This document shows, piece after piece, positions 61,213-64,000 of a stretch of DNA of 64,000 bases (within the stretch, counting starts at the first letter, position 1; the number at the start of each line of letters is the position of its first letter). The DNA lies in contig CM102288.1 in the NCBI GenBank assembly GCA_046563655.1, positions 3,534,001 through 3,598,000 on the forward strand, given 5' to 3'. The notes under the pieces are model-generated. The model was not told the DNA's origin and searched no databases. It saw nothing but the letters and a program-made list of their open reading frames with translations. The position numbers and the translations under genes are program-made. The stretch comes from Yuukianura sp. NJ FZ-2021. Taxonomy: Eukaryota.

Positions 61213-64000
61213 GTAAGTCACCTGACCTTTGACTTTTCACGAGTTACCCCAGTCAAATGCAGAGAAAAAATATTTTTTTTTGGCTAAAAGATCGTTTTAT
61301 AGTGTGAAAATAAGTTTTAAGCGGGGATGGGACAAAAGTGAAAAAAAAATTTCTTGGTGGTAAGGGTCTACCCTTACCTTCATTTTCGAAAAGTGGAAAA
61401 ATTACAAAGTCCAAAGGGCCTTCCCACCAAAAAAATTTTTTTTCGGAAAACGATTTCAAATGGCTTACAATACGTCCTAAAAAGTGATTAGAAAAAAATC
61501 GAACAATTTGTCAAAAAGTTTTTCTCCGGATGCGAAAAATTCTGGGCCCGGTTTAGAATTTTCAAAAAAAAAATCGCTTTTAAATTTTTCTTGAGTAGCT
61601 CTGTACTTTTTCATGCGCACCGCTGGAAGTTGTCTTTAAAAGGTTGAGAATTAGGAGTCTCAGATTGCGGCAGTATTTTGGAGTTTTGTTTTTGTGAGTA
61701 CTTGGAAGTCTTTGTCCTTGGAGAGCAGTTACCGTTAAGTTGGTGAAAGTAAGTTTAGATAGGGATAGTAACTGGGCAAGTATCCTAGGGAACATTAGAT
61801 AAGTGGAAGTGGGCAGAGTTGGGCTTATTGGGTGAAAGTGGCCAACCATACCATACTCATGCTCCCCTCTTCCAAGTGTGTGCTACAAAGTTTGTGTCTA
61901 ACTTTTGCACTTTGGACACATCTGCTTTCTCCTTTGGCGGTATTTCGGTGGTTCATGGACAGCATCAGGAACTTTGAACTTCTCGCCAAGCGTTGTTCGA
62001 GCCCTGGAAGCTGCTTCGCCTGGGACATTGGAGGTTCAGGGAAGCGCTGATGGTCGTCTGGGGGGTTTCCCTCATCACAACTTTCACCACTTCCAATTCC
62101 CATTCTCATCATCCCCAACAAATTATGAGGGCAGGGGGAAGTTAGGCTAGCCTAACATAACATGACTTTGGCGAGAAAGTTGGAGTTAAGAGGGAAGAAA
62201 AGACGAGGATGTAAAATTAGGCTGGAAGTTACGATATTCCAACATAATCAAAATGAATCAACCTAAAACTAGCCCATTTTCAGGCAATTTTCATAAAACT
62301 TTCTCTTCTTCTCTGCCTAATTTTCATACCTAAGATTTTGTTTAAAATTTTACCTTGTTTTACTTTTTTTTCCCCATCTTTCATCAAATTTAATTGGATG
62401 CTGCTCCACTTTCACTAATTTGAACCTTGTTTGTAATATAAAATTTCGAAAAATTACCGTAAAACTTCAAATTCAGGCGTGTTCTTTGAAGTTTAAACGA
62501 GGTAATACCTGCTTTTCTTTTTTTTTTTCAAAAAGTTTGCAATAAACTTTGTAAATTGCAACATCAGCAGTATTGTCTCAAAGTGTTTCTTTTGAAACTA
62601 AATTGGTATGGGCACGAAAGAAACAAAATTTAAGGGGGTTTAGAACAAGGATTGTTATTTTTTTGAAAGTTTAGATTTTTTAACATGTTTTTCTGAAATA
62701 GAAAGCTGGAAAACTGCTTTTTTTCTGTTCTGAATTTGAGCCAAATTACGACAAGAGTCCAAAAGACAAATGTCTTTTTTGCTCGTTTTTTCAATTACAG
62801 GACGCAGACAGGAGCAAACAAGGAGCAGCTTCTTTCTCTTGTGAAATTCGTAACTTTCTCTGTTCTTCTTCCCACATATTTTATTTGTAGCTTTTTCTGA
62901 AAAAAAAAAACTTTGGAAAGCGATTTGTAAAGGTGAAAACTTATTTTGGAGAACCGGAGGAATCAGTTTGAGTTTCTCTTTGTTTCTACAAAAAAGAGTC
63001 AGAGAAAAGAGAGGAGAATGATAAATGAGCTCTTAAGTGAAATTGAAGACGACCCAGGGTTGGCGTCGTATTCTAAGGACATGGTTGTTTAGAAAATGGA
63101 CTTTTTGAAATTTGGCACCTCCAGTAGCTAGTGTTCGTGTTGTAAAAAGTAGTGTTTGGGACAATTTGTGCTTATTGTCTAGTGTAAAGAAAGAGACTTT
63201 GGAGGTCTTACTCCTGTAATAGGATTTTCATGATTTATGGAGTGGAAAACATTTAACGCCCCATGAATCACTTCCCTTCATTTCCTCTCTCCCGCCCTCC
63301 GCACCTTTCACTTTTCAAAAAACAGTCAACTTCATTCAAAAACGAAATTTTACTTCAATTCAAAATTTTGAACTACCATTTTTCACTTGAAAATTAAATC
63401 AAACTTTCACTTAAAAAAATGAAAACAAGCTGCGGATGTCCTTTGACGTCGTTCTTAAAATTTCGCCATTTTTTGTTGCTTAAAAACCAGCAAATTTTGA
63501 ATGAATTTTTGAATCGCAAAAGTGAAAGTGTAAAAATGAAACTTAACAAAATGGAAATTTAGATTTTAGGTTTTTGTGTATTTTTTAGCCTAAGTTTTTG
63601 TTGAACCATCGTATATTTCCATTTCCATTATGCATTACGGCTGTTGGTTGTGTTTTTGGAGGGAGTAAGTAGGATGTTGGAGTGTAATTTATAATTTGGG
63701 GGCGGAGTGGGGTTGAAATGTCGTCTCCAGTGAGCCATTTCTCGTGTGTTTCCTTGGACTTGGCTGTTGGTAAATTGTTATGTAAGAGGACTTCCAGTCT
63801 CCGTAAGGGAGACATAAAGGGAATAAATTGTTCCAAGGAAAAATACACGACACAACTCCCCCTCCCTTCCAATTTCTTTATTTCTGCCCCCTTTTCATTT
63901 GGCTAACCTTAAGGGCCCCCGACCAGGAGATGGGGGAGGGTTCGCGGAATTTAGGATTCACTGGGGACTTGAAGCGTCGTGGGCTGCATGCCGCTTTGCT

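Noticed and set aside
61825..62150. GC-richer ORF cluster in the second RNF207 intron
   Set aside because: Does not encode the expected B-box continuation and lacks a convincing acceptor; a possible alternative exon but unsupported.

Overview
Eukaryotic (animal, most likely arthropod) genomic DNA. It is AT-rich, with a compact central gene block whose introns are mostly 50-130 nt GT-AG, flanked by two genes with very long introns. I spliced the exons by hand, checking reading phase at the junctions I followed, and obtained about 15 protein-coding genes. In order: gustavus/SPSB (+, with a long N-terminal extension), a secreted Gly/His-rich prepro-protein (-), LEKR1-like coiled coil (-), DNAJC1 (-), MTRR (-), a highly divergent TMBIM/Lifeguard-like membrane protein (-), a 4-TM protein (+), UVRAG (-), a stand-alone extended-Tudor protein (-), SLC35E1 (-), MMADHC (-), PDE6D (+), NDUFB5 (-), an unrecognised spliced 91-aa ORF (+), and RNF207 (+, runs off the window end). 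Several MITE-like inverted repeats and minisatellites sit in introns or UTRs. The top lead is the 3-exon 91-aa ORF, which is missing from the ORF track and appears to lie on the same transcript as RNF207 (candidate bicistronic mRNA or conserved uORF). Other leads are two cobalamin-pathway genes about 14 kb apart, a TMBIM lacking its di-aspartyl sensor, a Tudor domain with a degenerate cage, and many perfect DR1 motifs. I recognised no tRNA, rRNA or CRISPR array. All family assignments come from remembered motifs, not database searches.
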